This document shows positions 39,568-49,486 of a stretch of 64,000 nucleotides of DNA, piece after piece. The notes under the pieces were generated by a model. It had not been told where the DNA came from. It ran no database searches and was given only the letters and a program-made list of their open reading frames with translations. The stretch lies in assembly GCA_965199495.1 (NCBI GenBank), contig CBDASK010000003.1, positions 3,808,001 to 3,872,000 of the forward strand, in the 5' to 3' direction. This DNA is from Abditibacterium sp. GTDB lineage: Bacteria > Armatimonadota > Abditibacteriia > Abditibacteriales > Abditibacteriaceae. The stretch's first letter is position 1; the number at the start of each line of letters is the position of its first letter. A program made the position numbers and the translations under genes.

Positions 39568-42168
39568 TCATTCGCGTTGTAGCGCCGACGCCAGATTGCG
39601 CCGCGCCGCCGCGCGCGCCGGAAAAACGCCTGCGCCCAACGCCGCCCCCAATGCGAGGGCGAAGGCTTGCACGAAGACCATCGGCTCGACCGAAGGAAAA
39701 ATCGTCCAGCCGAAAAATTGGCGGTTGATGACGAAAATCATTTCGCCCGCCAGCAACAATCCGGCGATGCTGCCCAGAATCCACGACACGCCGCCCAACA
39801 GCGCGAATTCCCACAACGCCATCGCGCGGATTTGTTTCTGCGAAGCGCCCATCGCGCGCAACGCCGCCAGTTCGGTCGTGCGTTCGAGCATCATCGAAAC
39901 CAAAGTGTCGAACACGCCAATCGCAGCCACGACGACAGCGATGAGTTGCAGCGCGTAAGTCACGGCGAAAGTTTGGTCGAAGGTATCGAAAACCTGACGG
40001 CGAATTTCGCGGTTGGGCAACAGCGCGAGCGCGTATTTAGCGCCGAACTTTTCGTTGATTTTACGCTTGATTTCTTCGCCACTCCCGCTTTTGAGATAAA
40101 GCGCGAGTCCATCAATTTGGTCGTCATTCCACAATTTTCGGTAGGTCGAAAGCGGCAGATAAAACACCGAATTGGGATTATAATCATAGAAAACACCGCT
40201 AATCGGAAACGATTTTTCGCCGAGTGGCGTCGGCACTTTTAAGACGCCGCCCGCTTTGAGTTTCAGCTCGTTGGCCAATCGCTCCGAAACCAAAATCGCG
40301 TTGCCCGCCAGATAATCGCGTAACGCCGTGGCTGCTCCGTCGCGCGTCGAGACAAAACGCAAAACGCGTTGTCCGCTTTGAAATGACGGCAAATCGTTGG
40401 CGAAAACCGTTACCGGTTGGCCGTCAATCTCGACCTGCGCCTGACGCACTTTGTCCACGGTTGTTACGCCCGGCAAACTCGCGGCGAAAGCGGTGACTTC
40501 GGCGGGCAAACCCGGCCCGCGTTCGCCCGAAAAACCGCCCGAAGTCGCGATGAAAATATCGGCGCTAATGGTGCCGTTGATCCAATCGGCGACGGTATTG
40601 CGAAACGAACCGACCATCACGTTCATGCCAATTGTTAAGGCCAGCGAAACCAGAAGCGCCGCGATGACCAGACTGGAACGGTTGAGCGCGCGCCGCAAAT
40701 TATCGGCGGCCAAAGCGCCCGCGATGCCACCAAAACGTTCGGCCAATGGGCGCAAAACGCGCGCGAACCAATTGAGTAAAAGCGGCACCATCAAAGCCAC
40801 GCCGCCCAAAGTCGCGCCCGCCGCGACAAATCCGAGCAAAGGCGAGCGGCCCGAAACCGACGGCAAACACAAAACGCCCGCCGCGATTAAACAAACAACG
40901 CCAGCGATGAACAAACGCGGCGCCCAATTTTCCAGCAACGTGTGTAGCGACGAACCCGACAACGCCGCGCGCGGTGTCGTCGAAGCGGCTTCCGAAGCGG
41001 CAGGAATCGCCGCCAGAACGCTGATAATTGTTCCGGCGCACAACGACGCGGGTAGCAGCCACGCCGGGATAAACAGTTCGCGCGCTTTGACCGCCAGATA
41101 CAACTGCGAGACGGTTGTGGCGACCGCGCCCAGCGTCCATTTGGCCAAAATCACGCCGATTCCGAAGCCGACGAGCGAACCGAAAAACCCGATTATCGCT
41201 GCCTCGCCCAGAAACAAACGCATGATTTGCCCGCGTTGCGCGCCGACCGCGCGCAAAATGCCCGCTTCGGCGCGCCTTCGCACGACGGCAGAGGCGAGCG
41301 CGTTATAAATCAAAAACGCGCCGACAAACGCGGCGATGCTGGACAATGCCGTGAGATTCAGTTGAAACGCGCCCAACATCGCGCCGATTTGCGCGCCCCG
41401 TTGCGCGGGCCGCGCGATGGTCGCGTCGGGCGGCAAAAGCGGAGTTAATTCGGATTTGATTTTATCAATCGCTTCGTCGTCAACGATTAAATCAATTTGA
41501 TCGATGTGCCCCAATTCGCCCAGCGCTTCCTGCGCGGCGGCGATGTCGAGCAGGGCATAGTCGCCACCAAACGCGCGGCCCGATGCTTCATCGGTCAAAA
41601 TCGTGGCGACTTTAAACGTCTCGGTGCGCGGCCCAATATTCAATTCGAGCGGCGAACCAATTTTCAACTTCGCCTTGTTCGCCAATTCGCTCGAAACCGC
41701 GATGGCTTTTGGATCCAGTAAAAATCGAATCGCGCCCGAACTATCGCGTCCGGCGACAGGCGCGTTTTGGCCGCGCGTTTCGCGCATCGAATTATCGAGC
41801 GAACTGTCGCGGAATTCGAGTTGCGAAAAGAAATCAACGCCGCTTACCAAAAGCGATGTTTTGAGTTGCGGCGCGTAAAGCGTGCGCGAAATTAGCGGCG
41901 TGCTGGCTTTAATACGTGGATCGCCGCGCTCCATAATTTCGCCTAAAAGTTCGTCGGGCAAACCACTCGAACCGCCGCGAATTTGCAGGTTGGCGCGACC
42001 AGCCACGGCGTCGAGCGAAGCTGAAAACGCGCCCAAAACCGACGCGTTGGCGATCTGAATCGCTACCCAAACCGCGATGCCCAGCGCCACGCCCAAACCC
42101 GCCAAAACAAACGCGCCGCGATGGCGGAGCCAATAGCGCAACGACAAATAGCGCAATCCAATAAGCAT
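39568..42168 (-). CDS. MacB/FtsX-like ABC transporter permease (AttF/G-like, duplicated)
   Basis: Two FtsX-like halves (RRRAEAGILRAVGA; ERTTELAALRAMGA), INRQFFGW; on the same strand as the AttH-like gene. Confidence 0.9.
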   Translation of the reverse strand: MLIGLRYLSLRYWLRHRGAFVLAGLGVALGIAVWVAIQIANASVLGAFSASLDAVAGRANLQIRGGSSGLPDELLGEIMERGDPRIKASTPLISRTLYAPQLKTSLLVSGVDFFSQLEFRDSSLDNSMRETRGQNAPVAGRDSSGAIRFLLDPKAIAVSSELANKAKLKIGSPLELNIGPRTETFKVATILTDEASGRAFGGDYALLDIAAAQEALGELGHIDQIDLIVDDEAIDKIKSELTPLLPPDATIARPAQRGAQIGAMLGAFQLNLTALSSIAAFVGAFLIYNALASAVVRRRAEAGILRAVGAQRGQIMRLFLGEAAIIGFFGSLVGFGIGVILAKWTLGAVATTVSQLYLAVKARELFIPAWLLPASLCAGTIISVLAAIPAASEAASTTPRAALSGSSLHTLLENWAPRLFIAGVVCLIAAGVLCLPSVSGRSPLLGFVAAGATLGGVALMVPLLLNWFARVLRPLAERFGGIAGALAADNLRRALNRSSLVIAALLVSLALTIGMNVMVGSFRNTVADWINGTISADIFIATSGGFSGERGPGLPAEVTAFAASLPGVTTVDKVRQAQVEIDGQPVTVFANDLPSFQSGQRVLRFVSTRDGAATALRDYLAGNAILVSERLANELKLKAGGVLKVPTPLGEKSFPISGVFYDYNPNSVFYLPLSTYRKLWNDDQIDGLALYLKSGSGEEIKRKINEKFGAKYALALLPNREIRRQVFDTFDQTFAVTYALQLIAVVVAAIGVFDTLVSMMLERTTELAALRAMGASQKQIRAMALWEFALLGGVSWILGSIAGLLLAGEMIFVINRQFFGWTIFPSVEPMVFVQAFALALGAALGAGVFPARAAARRNLASALQRE

Positions 42169-42284
42169 GAAGAGAGTTTAAGGCGCGCCGAAAGTCCGCT
42201 TGGTGCGCGTGGCTCATTGCTGTGTGTGAGTGCCGAAGATGTTACTTAATGCGAAGTTCCTCCCAAAGTTCAGGCTCGCGCGCT

Positions 42285-42743
42285 TCAAAACGAATCCCGC
42301 CGTTTGTCGGAGAACTCGTGCGCTAAGCCCAACGTAATTTTCGCCCACGCCGGAACAGCAGGCACGCCGTCGCCGTGGCTGCTATGAAGTGACAGGTTTT
42401 CGATAATTCGCAACTGCGCGCGGCCCACTGCGGTTTGCGCGCATTCGAGCCAACGCGCGCGCAGACTTTCCAGCGCGATTTGGTTCGTCAGTTCATCCAA
42501 TCGTGACTGACGAGCGCTTTTGGGAAATGGCAAATCTTCGCTCAACTCGAACGCCAGGCGCGCGCGTTCGTTGGCAATGCTTGCGGCGCGGCGCGCGACT
42601 TCGCGCGTTAATTTGTCGCGCAAATTGGCGTTGACCAGAGCATCCACGCTCAAAGTAAAATTCCACAAACGCGGACGTAAATGCGCCAACAGTAAAACAT
42701 CGGCGCGGTGCAGAGAATCGAATTCGATGTCGTCGAAAATCAT
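42285..42743 (-). CDS. Hypothetical protein
   Basis: 152-aa ORF with host-like codon usage; no recognisable motif. Confidence 0.5.
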   Translation of the reverse strand: MIFDDIEFDSLHRADVLLLAHLRPRLWNFTLSVDALVNANLRDKLTREVARRAASIANERARLAFELSEDLPFPKSARQSRLDELTNQIALESLRARWLECAQTAVGRAQLRIIENLSLHSSHGDGVPAVPAWAKITLGLAHEFSDKRRDSF

Positions 42744-42989
42744 GATTTTGAAAAATCACGGCGCGACGCGGATTGTTGGAAGAAAAGGGAAACAACACCA
42801 TTTTCGGACTTTGTCCGCGCATCGCTGAACCACCGTAGCGTGTTGAAGCTCGGTTGGTGGGCCGCCTAGGGGCAGCCGCTCGTGATGTGGATCAAAGAGA
42901 TTAGTTGGTTTATTTTGCTTTGCCAAGGCGTGATTTAATTTCCCAGTTACTCCTCCCAAGCGTCGGTCGCTCGATGATTCGATTCCCTC

Positions 42990-44252
42990 TTAGGGATTGC
43001 GAATTCGATCAATGATTTTGGTGGCGTGCCCGCTCTCTCTGGACGTGACAGCTTGAACTGGCGTCGCATTACGTCTGCGGGGCACCAGCTTTTCGCGTAG
43101 CCGGAGTTGCGCAGGAGCCTCGAACCGACGGTAAACCAGAACCGATAGCGGAATCAAAATGGCAAAGAATAAAATGAGAATAAGGGGAGAATAATAGATG
43201 GAGTTATCTATTTTGAAATATCTGGTTGCAATATAAAATAAAATTTGTAGCGGGAAGTGGATAAGATAAGCGGCATAACTGGCTTCGCCGATAAACGCGA
43301 ATCGCTTGGCGGCGTCCGAAGTATAAGACTCGATAAGCGCCAGACAAATGATTGTCAGTGGAAATAAGAAAAACTTATAAACGCATCCCACGAGAAATTT
43401 CGGCAGCGAGCTGCCCGCTTCAATGCTCAAACCATATTGAGGATAATGCGCGGAAACATAACTGATAGTTGTCTGCGTAACTATCCATGCGACGGCGCAA
43501 AATATAACTATTAACCAGACCCTGTTTTTGAGGAAATCGCGCTGGTAAGCGTAGGAAAAGAGCTTGAACGCGAGGCCACCGAAGAAAAAGACCATCGCCG
43601 CTGAAGCGACATCTTTGATGCCGCCCGGCCCAACTTTGATGAGCAAAAAACTCGCGATAATAAAGAGCGCAAGGTGCCACCAACGCGTGAGACCTTTCAG
43701 ACAACCCAACGCGAAGACGACGTAGAGCAGAACTTCGACGGAAATTGACCACGAAGGACTATTGAACGAGTAGCCCTGTTGAAATCCCCAGTGATTGGCC
43801 AGAAATAGGTGCAGAAAAAAGTGATAGGCATCGTTATTGGGGTGCAAGAAAAATGAGCCAAATTCGGCTTTAACTGTGACTTGTAAAAGAAGAACTAAAA
43901 GTAACGTCGCGAAATGAAGCGGATAGAGACGCGAGAAACGGAGCAAGCCGAAGTCCTTTAAATTGACTTTCTTTTCCGCGATTTGTCTGGCATAGAGCCA
44001 GTAAAAAATGAAGCCCGACAAACAGAAAAAGAGTTGGACGGCCCGCCAACCTTCCGCATAAAAAGTGTGTAATAAAGCGCTAAACGGCAGCAGTTGCGGA
44101 TTATATTTGGTTTGTTCTGTCCCTATATAAAAAAAGACTTCCCAGTGATAAAGCACAACGCAAAATGCGGCGAGTCCCCGTAATATATCGAGAGAGTAAA
44201 GATGCCTGGGAATTGCGTTGGTGCGGCTGGTGTTGTTCATGTTGTTGGGCAT
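42990..44252 (-). CDS. Acyltransferase family 3 (OafA-like) membrane O-acyltransferase
   Basis: LDILRGLAA..VVLYH, FFCLSGF, RFSRLYPLH, WSISVE, GEASYAAYLIH, FEAP; visibly lower GC. Confidence 0.9.
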   Translation of the reverse strand: MPNNMNNTSRTNAIPRHLYSLDILRGLAAFCVVLYHWEVFFYIGTEQTKYNPQLLPFSALLHTFYAEGWRAVQLFFCLSGFIFYWLYARQIAEKKVNLKDFGLLRFSRLYPLHFATLLLVLLLQVTVKAEFGSFFLHPNNDAYHFFLHLFLANHWGFQQGYSFNSPSWSISVEVLLYVVFALGCLKGLTRWWHLALFIIASFLLIKVGPGGIKDVASAAMVFFFGGLAFKLFSYAYQRDFLKNRVWLIVIFCAVAWIVTQTTISYVSAHYPQYGLSIEAGSSLPKFLVGCVYKFFLFPLTIICLALIESYTSDAAKRFAFIGEASYAAYLIHFPLQILFYIATRYFKIDNSIYYSPLILILFFAILIPLSVLVYRRFEAPAQLRLREKLVPRRRNATPVQAVTSRESGHATKIIDRIRNP

Positions 44253-44399
44253 GTTTTACGGGCTTTCTCAAAAACCACTGAAATGATACTACAAAACATT
44301 ATTTAGGAGCGAATGCGAATTTTGAATACGGAACAGCGATTGCAAAGATATCGCGCTGTGAGCCGCCCTGTGAGGCGCTCGTCATAAAGCAAAATTATC

Positions 44400-44888
44400 A
44401 TGCTCCGTAATCAAGATTCTGCCCCCGAATTTACTCTCCAAGACCAAGATGGAAAACAACGCACTTTAACAGAACTGCGCGGCGATAAACCGTTACTGTT
44501 GTTCTATTATCGCGGCGCGTTTTGCCCGACTTCTCACAAACAGTTGACTGACTACGCCGATATTTATTCGCGTTTCAAGCCATTGGGCGCAAATCTCGTC
44601 GCCGTCAGCGTGGACGCCCCCGAAACTTCCAAACAATTGGCGGGCGAATTAAAAGTTCAATTCCCACTTTTGTCCGACTCCGATTTTTCGCTCGCGCAAA
44701 GTTACGGCGTCTACAAATCGGACGACACCGAAGGCCCGCAACCGCACGGCGAACCGGCGATTTTCATTATTGATTCGGATGGCAAAATCGCCTATTCGCA
44801 AATCCAAACCGGCCCGAAAGGCAGCGCCAATCCCGCCGAACTCGCCCTCGTTTTGCTTTATATGCGCGACAACGGCGGCAAATATTGA
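44400..44888 (+). CDS. AhpC/TSA (peroxiredoxin-like) redoxin
   Basis: APEFTLQDQDG, FYYRGAFCPTS, FPLLSD, FIIDSDGKI. Confidence 0.85.
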   Translation: MLRNQDSAPEFTLQDQDGKQRTLTELRGDKPLLLFYYRGAFCPTSHKQLTDYADIYSRFKPLGANLVAVSVDAPETSKQLAGELKVQFPLLSDSDFSLAQSYGVYKSDDTEGPQPHGEPAIFIIDSDGKIAYSQIQTGPKGSANPAELALVLLYMRDNGGKY

Positions 44889-44901
44889 TTTGCGACAACG
44901 A

Positions 44902-44937
44902 AAAAGCGGCGCGAACCGAAAGGTTCGCGCCGCTTTT
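44902..44937. terminator. Intrinsic terminator
   Basis: AAAAGCGGCGCGAACC-GAAA-GGTTCGCGCCGCTTTT. Confidence 0.9.
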
Positions 44938-45004
44938 AGTTATTCAGCATTGTCTCAAGAGAAGAAATGAGCTTTCAGTCTTTACTGCGGTGTTATCCCT
45001 ATTT

Positions 45005-46120
45005 AATAGGACTTACGCAGAAGCCAAGTTGATGGTAGGTCTTTTGAGTTGTTGAACGAGGTAGTCTCGCAGCAAGCCGTGCTTGAGTTGGTAGACGTTT
45101 GTGAGATTGCGGTGAGCAATGGCGGTCAATCGTGTCCAGACCAAAAGCGCGCAGTGGACGTGGTTACGCTGAATGCGAGCTTTGCGGCATTGGCAGCTCT
45201 CGATGCCTGTGAGTTGCTTGATTTCTCGGTGATACTGCTCAATCTTCCAGCGCACGGCACACACCTTTCGTGTCTCTTGCGTGGAATCCTGAGACAAGTC
45301 GTTGGTCACGACGTAGTCCGTGCGGCTGGAAGAAACCGGCACCCGGAACAGTTGCACCTTGAACTCTTTAGCAAACCCATAAACCTTGATCTTTTTGCCC
45401 GTTTGTAACTCTGCTTCGCTCCACTCCAACTCACTCACCGCGCGGTAAGGTCGCTCACCAAAGCTATCATCGACTTTGCGGTTGCTTTTGAGCGGACAGT
45501 AGAACAGCTTCTTGTCGGCACCGGCACCGGCACCGGCACCGGCACTGTCCTCCTGTTGGGTGTTTTGGTGCCAGTTCTCGATTGTCCACATCAGGTGTTT
45601 GGTGGCATACCACGAGTCCATCAGCACGGTTTGAAACGGAATTGCCCGCGCCTTGATGCTTTGCAGCATCTCTTCGACATGGTCGAGCTTGCTTTTGCCG
45701 TCGCCATCGGGGTCGAAGATGCGGTAGTCAATGACCCAAAACTGCTCGGTTTCGGGATGGACATAGAGGCACGAGACCAGACCGATACCGCGCACGATAC
45801 CATGAGCGTTGCCGCTCCATTGTCTGCGCGTGGTCTCGATAGAGGGGCCAAAGCTCTTGTCCAACACCGTGTCGTCGAACACGATAAACCCACTCGCGCA
45901 CGGCTGGTAAACTTCGCGCACGTTCTCCCACAACAAACGCGGGGTGAGCTTCTCCCCGCGCAGGTAGCGGTTGAGACGGTCATGGGACAGCTCTTCCACA
46001 TGAGCGGCCATGTTAGTCAAGGTGTAATTGACCGGGCTGCTCAGAAGATATTGGCAGTAATCCAGTTTGCTCAAACTCATCAGAAAAAGTCTAAATCAAC
46101 GCCCCTGCGTAAGTCCTATT
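45005..46120 (-). mobile_element. IS701-family-like insertion sequence
   Basis: 16-bp inverted repeats AATAGGACTTACGCAG / CTGCGTAAGTCCTATT; exact ends and target duplication (TTTA or ATTTA) ambiguous. Confidence 0.85.
45013..46080 (-). CDS. IS701-like DDE transposase
   Basis: SHDRLNRYL, FDDTVLDK, LMDSWY, RWKIEQYHREIKQLTG..CQCR. Confidence 0.9.
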   Translation of the reverse strand: MSLSKLDYCQYLLSSPVNYTLTNMAAHVEELSHDRLNRYLRGEKLTPRLLWENVREVYQPCASGFIVFDDTVLDKSFGPSIETTRRQWSGNAHGIVRGIGLVSCLYVHPETEQFWVIDYRIFDPDGDGKSKLDHVEEMLQSIKARAIPFQTVLMDSWYATKHLMWTIENWHQNTQQEDSAGAGAGAGADKKLFYCPLKSNRKVDDSFGERPYRAVSELEWSEAELQTGKKIKVYGFAKEFKVQLFRVPVSSSRTDYVVTNDLSQDSTQETRKVCAVRWKIEQYHREIKQLTGIESCQCRKARIQRNHVHCALLVWTRLTAIAHRNLTNVYQLKHGLLRDYLVQQLKRPTINLASA

Positions 46121-46478
46121 TATAATTTCTTACTGTGAAATCGTGCCCTGTTCTGTAAACAAGTATTTCGCCTGACTTTGTTTTATCACCCGTCACTTCT
46201 ATGTTCCCACCGACGCGCAATTTGGCAGCAGAATCCCTGACAAAGTTTTGTGTTGGGCCAGAGGGAATAATTACTCTGAAAATTTTGCCTTGAGAATTTT
46301 TTATTCTCAAGACGGCTGGTTTGAGAGATTTCGGCGAGGCTTGGTTTGTTGCTAATACTTGTCCCGAAACAACTGTAAATTTGCTCGCCGTCGATGGAGT
46401 TCTACTGCATCCGCAAAGAACGCCCCCGATTGCAAAAACTCCGAGGAGTGCGAATGTGTCAGTTATTTTCATTTTCAT
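46116..46478 (-). CDS. Hypothetical lipoprotein
   Basis: Lipobox-like LCGC after a hydrophobic signal; low GC; its stop codon TAG lies inside the IS inverted repeat. Confidence 0.65.
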   Translation of the reverse strand: MKMKITDTFALLGVFAIGGVLCGCSRTPSTASKFTVVSGQVLATNQASPKSLKPAVLRIKNSQGKIFRVIIPSGPTQNFVRDSAAKLRVGGNIEVTGDKTKSGEILVYRTGHDFTVRNYK

Positions 46479-46517
46479 GTTTTCAAGGATACAGTTTTAA
46501 ATTGTGGTCGTCAAATG

Positions 46518-46552
46518 AAAAGCGGCACGAACCGAATGATTCGCGCCGCTTT
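46518..46552. terminator. Intrinsic terminator of catalase (diverged copy of 44902-44937)
   Basis: AAAAGCGGCACGAACCGAATGATTCGCGCCGCTTT. Confidence 0.75.
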
Positions 46553-46571
46553 CTTGTGCTTCAATCTCACC

Positions 46572-48212
46572 TTATTTCGCCATCTCTTTCACGCTCGAAA
46601 CGCCATTGCTCGAACCGTTGCCGTTCGACGTGGCTGCGTCCATCGAACCGTTCATTTCGGACTTCATCGCTTTCATCTTCGCGATGCCGTCTTTGACGCG
46701 GCGACCGTAATCTTCGTCGCACTGGGTGAACATTTCGATCATTTTGTCCTGAATTTGGGGCGTGCAAACGCCGATGGCGCCGACCAAATTCGAGATCAAT
46801 TCGTCGCGCTCCCAATCCTCGAACGCGCGATATTGCGCGCCCGCTTGCGTGAACGGGTCTTGGCGCGGCGTGACCTGGCGCACCAGATTGCCCTCGACAT
46901 AGGGCGTGTGATCGGCGCCCGCCGGAGTCGCTTCTTTCAGGCCGCCCAAAATCGAAGGCTCATAATTGACGTGCGGGTTGGCGCCCGGCGCCTGATCAAC
47001 GTGGAACGTCATCTGGCCGTCTCGCTGATTGGTCGTGGCTTTGACTTTGGGCGCGTTAATCGGCAGTTGCAAATAGTTCGGCCCGACGCGGTAACGCTGC
47101 GTGTCCGAATAGGATAGCGTGCGGCCAACGAGCATTTTATCGTCGGAGAAATCCAAGCCGTCCACCAGAACGCCAGTGCCAAATGAAACCTGCTCGACTT
47201 CGGCGAAGTAGTTGACAGGATTGCGATCCAAAACCATGCGGCCAATCGGCAGGAACGGGAACTGGTCTTCGGGCCAGATGTTGGTGTCGTCCAAAACGTC
47301 GAACGGCATTTTGTCGCCCTCTTCGTCGGTCATCAATTGCACGGCAAACTCCCATTCGGGAAAGTCGCCGCGTTCGATGGCTTCATATAAATCCTGCGTG
47401 GCGTGGTTAAAGTTGGTCGCCTGAATTTCGTTGGCCTGTTTTTGCGTCAAATTGTGAACGCCCTGCTTGGGAATCCAGTGGTATTTCACCAAAATGCCTT
47501 CGCCCGCCTCGTTATACCATTTGTAAGTGTTGACGCCCGCGCCATCCATGAAGCGGTAGCTCGCCGGAATGCCGTAGGGCGAAAACAAAAACGTAATCAT
47601 GTGCATCGATTCCGGCATCTGGGAGATGAAATCGAACTGACGGCGCGAATCCTGACGGTTGGTGACCGGATCGGGCTTGAACGCGTGAATCACGTCGGGA
47701 AACTTGATGGCGTCGCGAATGAAAAACACGCGCAGGTTGTTGCCGACCAAATCCCAGTTGCCGTCTTCGGTGTAAAACTTGACCGCGAAACCGCGCGGAT
47801 CGCGCAAAGTTTCGGGCGAAGTGCCGCCGTGAATCACCGTCGAAAATCGCACGAAAACCGGCGTGCGCTTGCCCTTTTCCTGAAACAGTTTGGCGCGCGT
47901 ATATTTGGAAATCGGCTGGTCGCCGACGGTGCCGTACGCCTCGAAATAGCCGTGCGCGCCCGCGCCGCGCGCGTGAACTACGCGTTCGGGAATGCGCTCG
48001 CGATCGAAGTGCGTGATTTTTTCGAGAAACTGATAATTCTCCAAAGTCGCCGGGCCACGCGGCCCAACGGTGCGCGTGGATTGGTTATTCGTGACCGGAT
48101 GGCCCTGTCGCGTGGTTAAGGTGCCGTTGCCGGTGGCTCCGTCGTTGACAGTCGCCACGTCGGAGCCATCGGCCAATTGTTGAATGAGTTGTGAATCGGT
48201 TTGTCGTGCCAT
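46572..48212 (-). CDS. Monofunctional heme catalase
   Basis: [48 protein letters not shown]. Confidence 0.96.
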   Translation of the reverse strand: MARQTDSQLIQQLADGSDVATVNDGATGNGTLTTRQGHPVTNNQSTRTVGPRGPATLENYQFLEKITHFDRERIPERVVHARGAGAHGYFEAYGTVGDQPISKYTRAKLFQEKGKRTPVFVRFSTVIHGGTSPETLRDPRGFAVKFYTEDGNWDLVGNNLRVFFIRDAIKFPDVIHAFKPDPVTNRQDSRRQFDFISQMPESMHMITFLFSPYGIPASYRFMDGAGVNTYKWYNEAGEGILVKYHWIPKQGVHNLTQKQANEIQATNFNHATQDLYEAIERGDFPEWEFAVQLMTDEEGDKMPFDVLDDTNIWPEDQFPFLPIGRMVLDRNPVNYFAEVEQVSFGTGVLVDGLDFSDDKMLVGRTLSYSDTQRYRVGPNYLQLPINAPKVKATTNQRDGQMTFHVDQAPGANPHVNYEPSILGGLKEATPAGADHTPYVEGNLVRQVTPRQDPFTQAGAQYRAFEDWERDELISNLVGAIGVCTPQIQDKMIEMFTQCDEDYGRRVKDGIAKMKAMKSEMNGSMDAATSNGNGSSNGVSSVKEMAK

Positions 48213-48368
48213 AATGTTCGTTATACGAGAAGGGAGCGCCGCAAATTCGGTTCCCCGCGACGCATAAATTACGGCGATAAGCATAAAAAGCGGCAACCAA
48301 AATTCGAGTGCGCGGTTTGCGCACTCAAGTGCTTGAAGCGCCTTTCCATTTGCGCCAAATTAAAACGC

Positions 48369-48971
48369 ATGAACGCGCGCAAACTCTGCATAATTCGGCT
48401 CGCACTTTCACTATTGTTTGGCATTGCAGTGGCGAGTGTGCCACTTCATTTGATTTTGGGTGGCGCACAGACCAACTCGACATTGAGTTTTCAGAGTCGC
48501 ATCACTGACATTTATCTGAAAAAATTAGATCGAATTGCACAGTTTGCTTACCAGACTACCGGCGTTTACCCAACGAAGTTAGCAGATTTGAGAGAGGTGC
48601 CGCGCGATGGCTGGAGTCGTCCGTTTTTGTATTCGTTGTCCGATGGCAAACCACTTGTCGAATCATTGGGGCGCGACGGCAAACGCGGCGGCGTGGGTTT
48701 AGATGCCGATTTATCTAATCTTAATCCTAACCCGCCACAAGCGCGTATCCCGTTTTGGGCGCGCCTTTTTGAGCGCGAAGCGCAGGGTATCGTGCTGGCT
48801 TCTCTCTCCTGTGGAATCATGGCGGGCGCGCTCTTTTTCGCCGGAGTGCGCCACCAAACTTTCTCATCGAAAACTTTGCCCGTCTTGGCGATTTCGCTGC
48901 TGCTTTCGCTGGCTCTCGCCGCCTTTGGCGCGCTGACCATCGCCACTTTCCACATTCCTTCGGGCCACTGA
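48369..48971 (+). CDS. Membrane protein with GspG (T2SS pseudopilin) C-terminal-like domain
   Basis: GVYPTKLADL..PRDGWSRPFLY..SLGRDGKRGGVGLDADLSN flanked by TM helices; no prepilin GFTLxE motif. Confidence 0.7.
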   Translation: MNARKLCIIRLALSLLFGIAVASVPLHLILGGAQTNSTLSFQSRITDIYLKKLDRIAQFAYQTTGVYPTKLADLREVPRDGWSRPFLYSLSDGKPLVESLGRDGKRGGVGLDADLSNLNPNPPQARIPFWARLFEREAQGIVLASLSCGIMAGALFFAGVRHQTFSSKTLPVLAISLLLSLALAAFGALTIATFHIPSGH

Positions 48972-48974
48972 ACC

Positions 48975-49403
48975 ATGAAAACTTATTCGCCCAAGCGCGA
49001 CGCTTTGTGGTTGTTCTCCGTCGCGTTATTTGTTCTCAACAAAGTTTGGATTAAACCCAATTTCGCCGGTTGGTTCTGGCACGGCTCGCTCAACGATGTT
49101 TTGTGTTTGCCGGTGTGGATGCCGATTTGCGTCTGGATTTTTGCCAAACTCAAACTGCGCGATAACGCGCCGCCGCGTCCGCTCGAAATCGCGATTTGTC
49201 TGTTGTTTTGGTCGTGGGTCTTTGAAGTTTGGCTGCCGAAAACCGACGTTTTTGGCAAATTTTCGGCGGGCGATCCGTATGATGTTTTGGCTTACACAGT
49301 CGGCGGATTGGTGGGCTGGATTTGGTGGGAAACCGTTTTTAGCCACAAAGGACACAGAGAACGCTCAGAGGGGCACAGAGAAAACGAAGAAAGTAATTTG
49401 TAA
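48975..49403 (+). CDS. Hypothetical membrane protein
   Basis: LNKVWIKP, LNDVL, FEVWLP, GDPYDVLAY; four hydrophobic helices; 3 nt after the upstream gene. Confidence 0.7.
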   Translation: MKTYSPKRDALWLFSVALFVLNKVWIKPNFAGWFWHGSLNDVLCLPVWMPICVWIFAKLKLRDNAPPRPLEIAICLLFWSWVFEVWLPKTDVFGKFSAGDPYDVLAYTVGGLVGWIWWETVFSHKGHRERSEGHRENEESNL

Positions 49404-49486
49404 AAGAACATCAGCAGAATATCGCTTCTTTGTAAGCTATTTTCTTCGTTTTCTCTGTGCGTTCTCTGTGTCCTCTGTGGCTAAAA
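49337..49486. repeat. Inverted element with CACAGAG-type arms, copy B
   Basis: TTTTAGCCACAAAGGACACAGAGAACGCTCAGAG ... CTCTGTGCGTTCTCTGTGTCCTCTGTGGCTAAAA. Confidence 0.85.
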
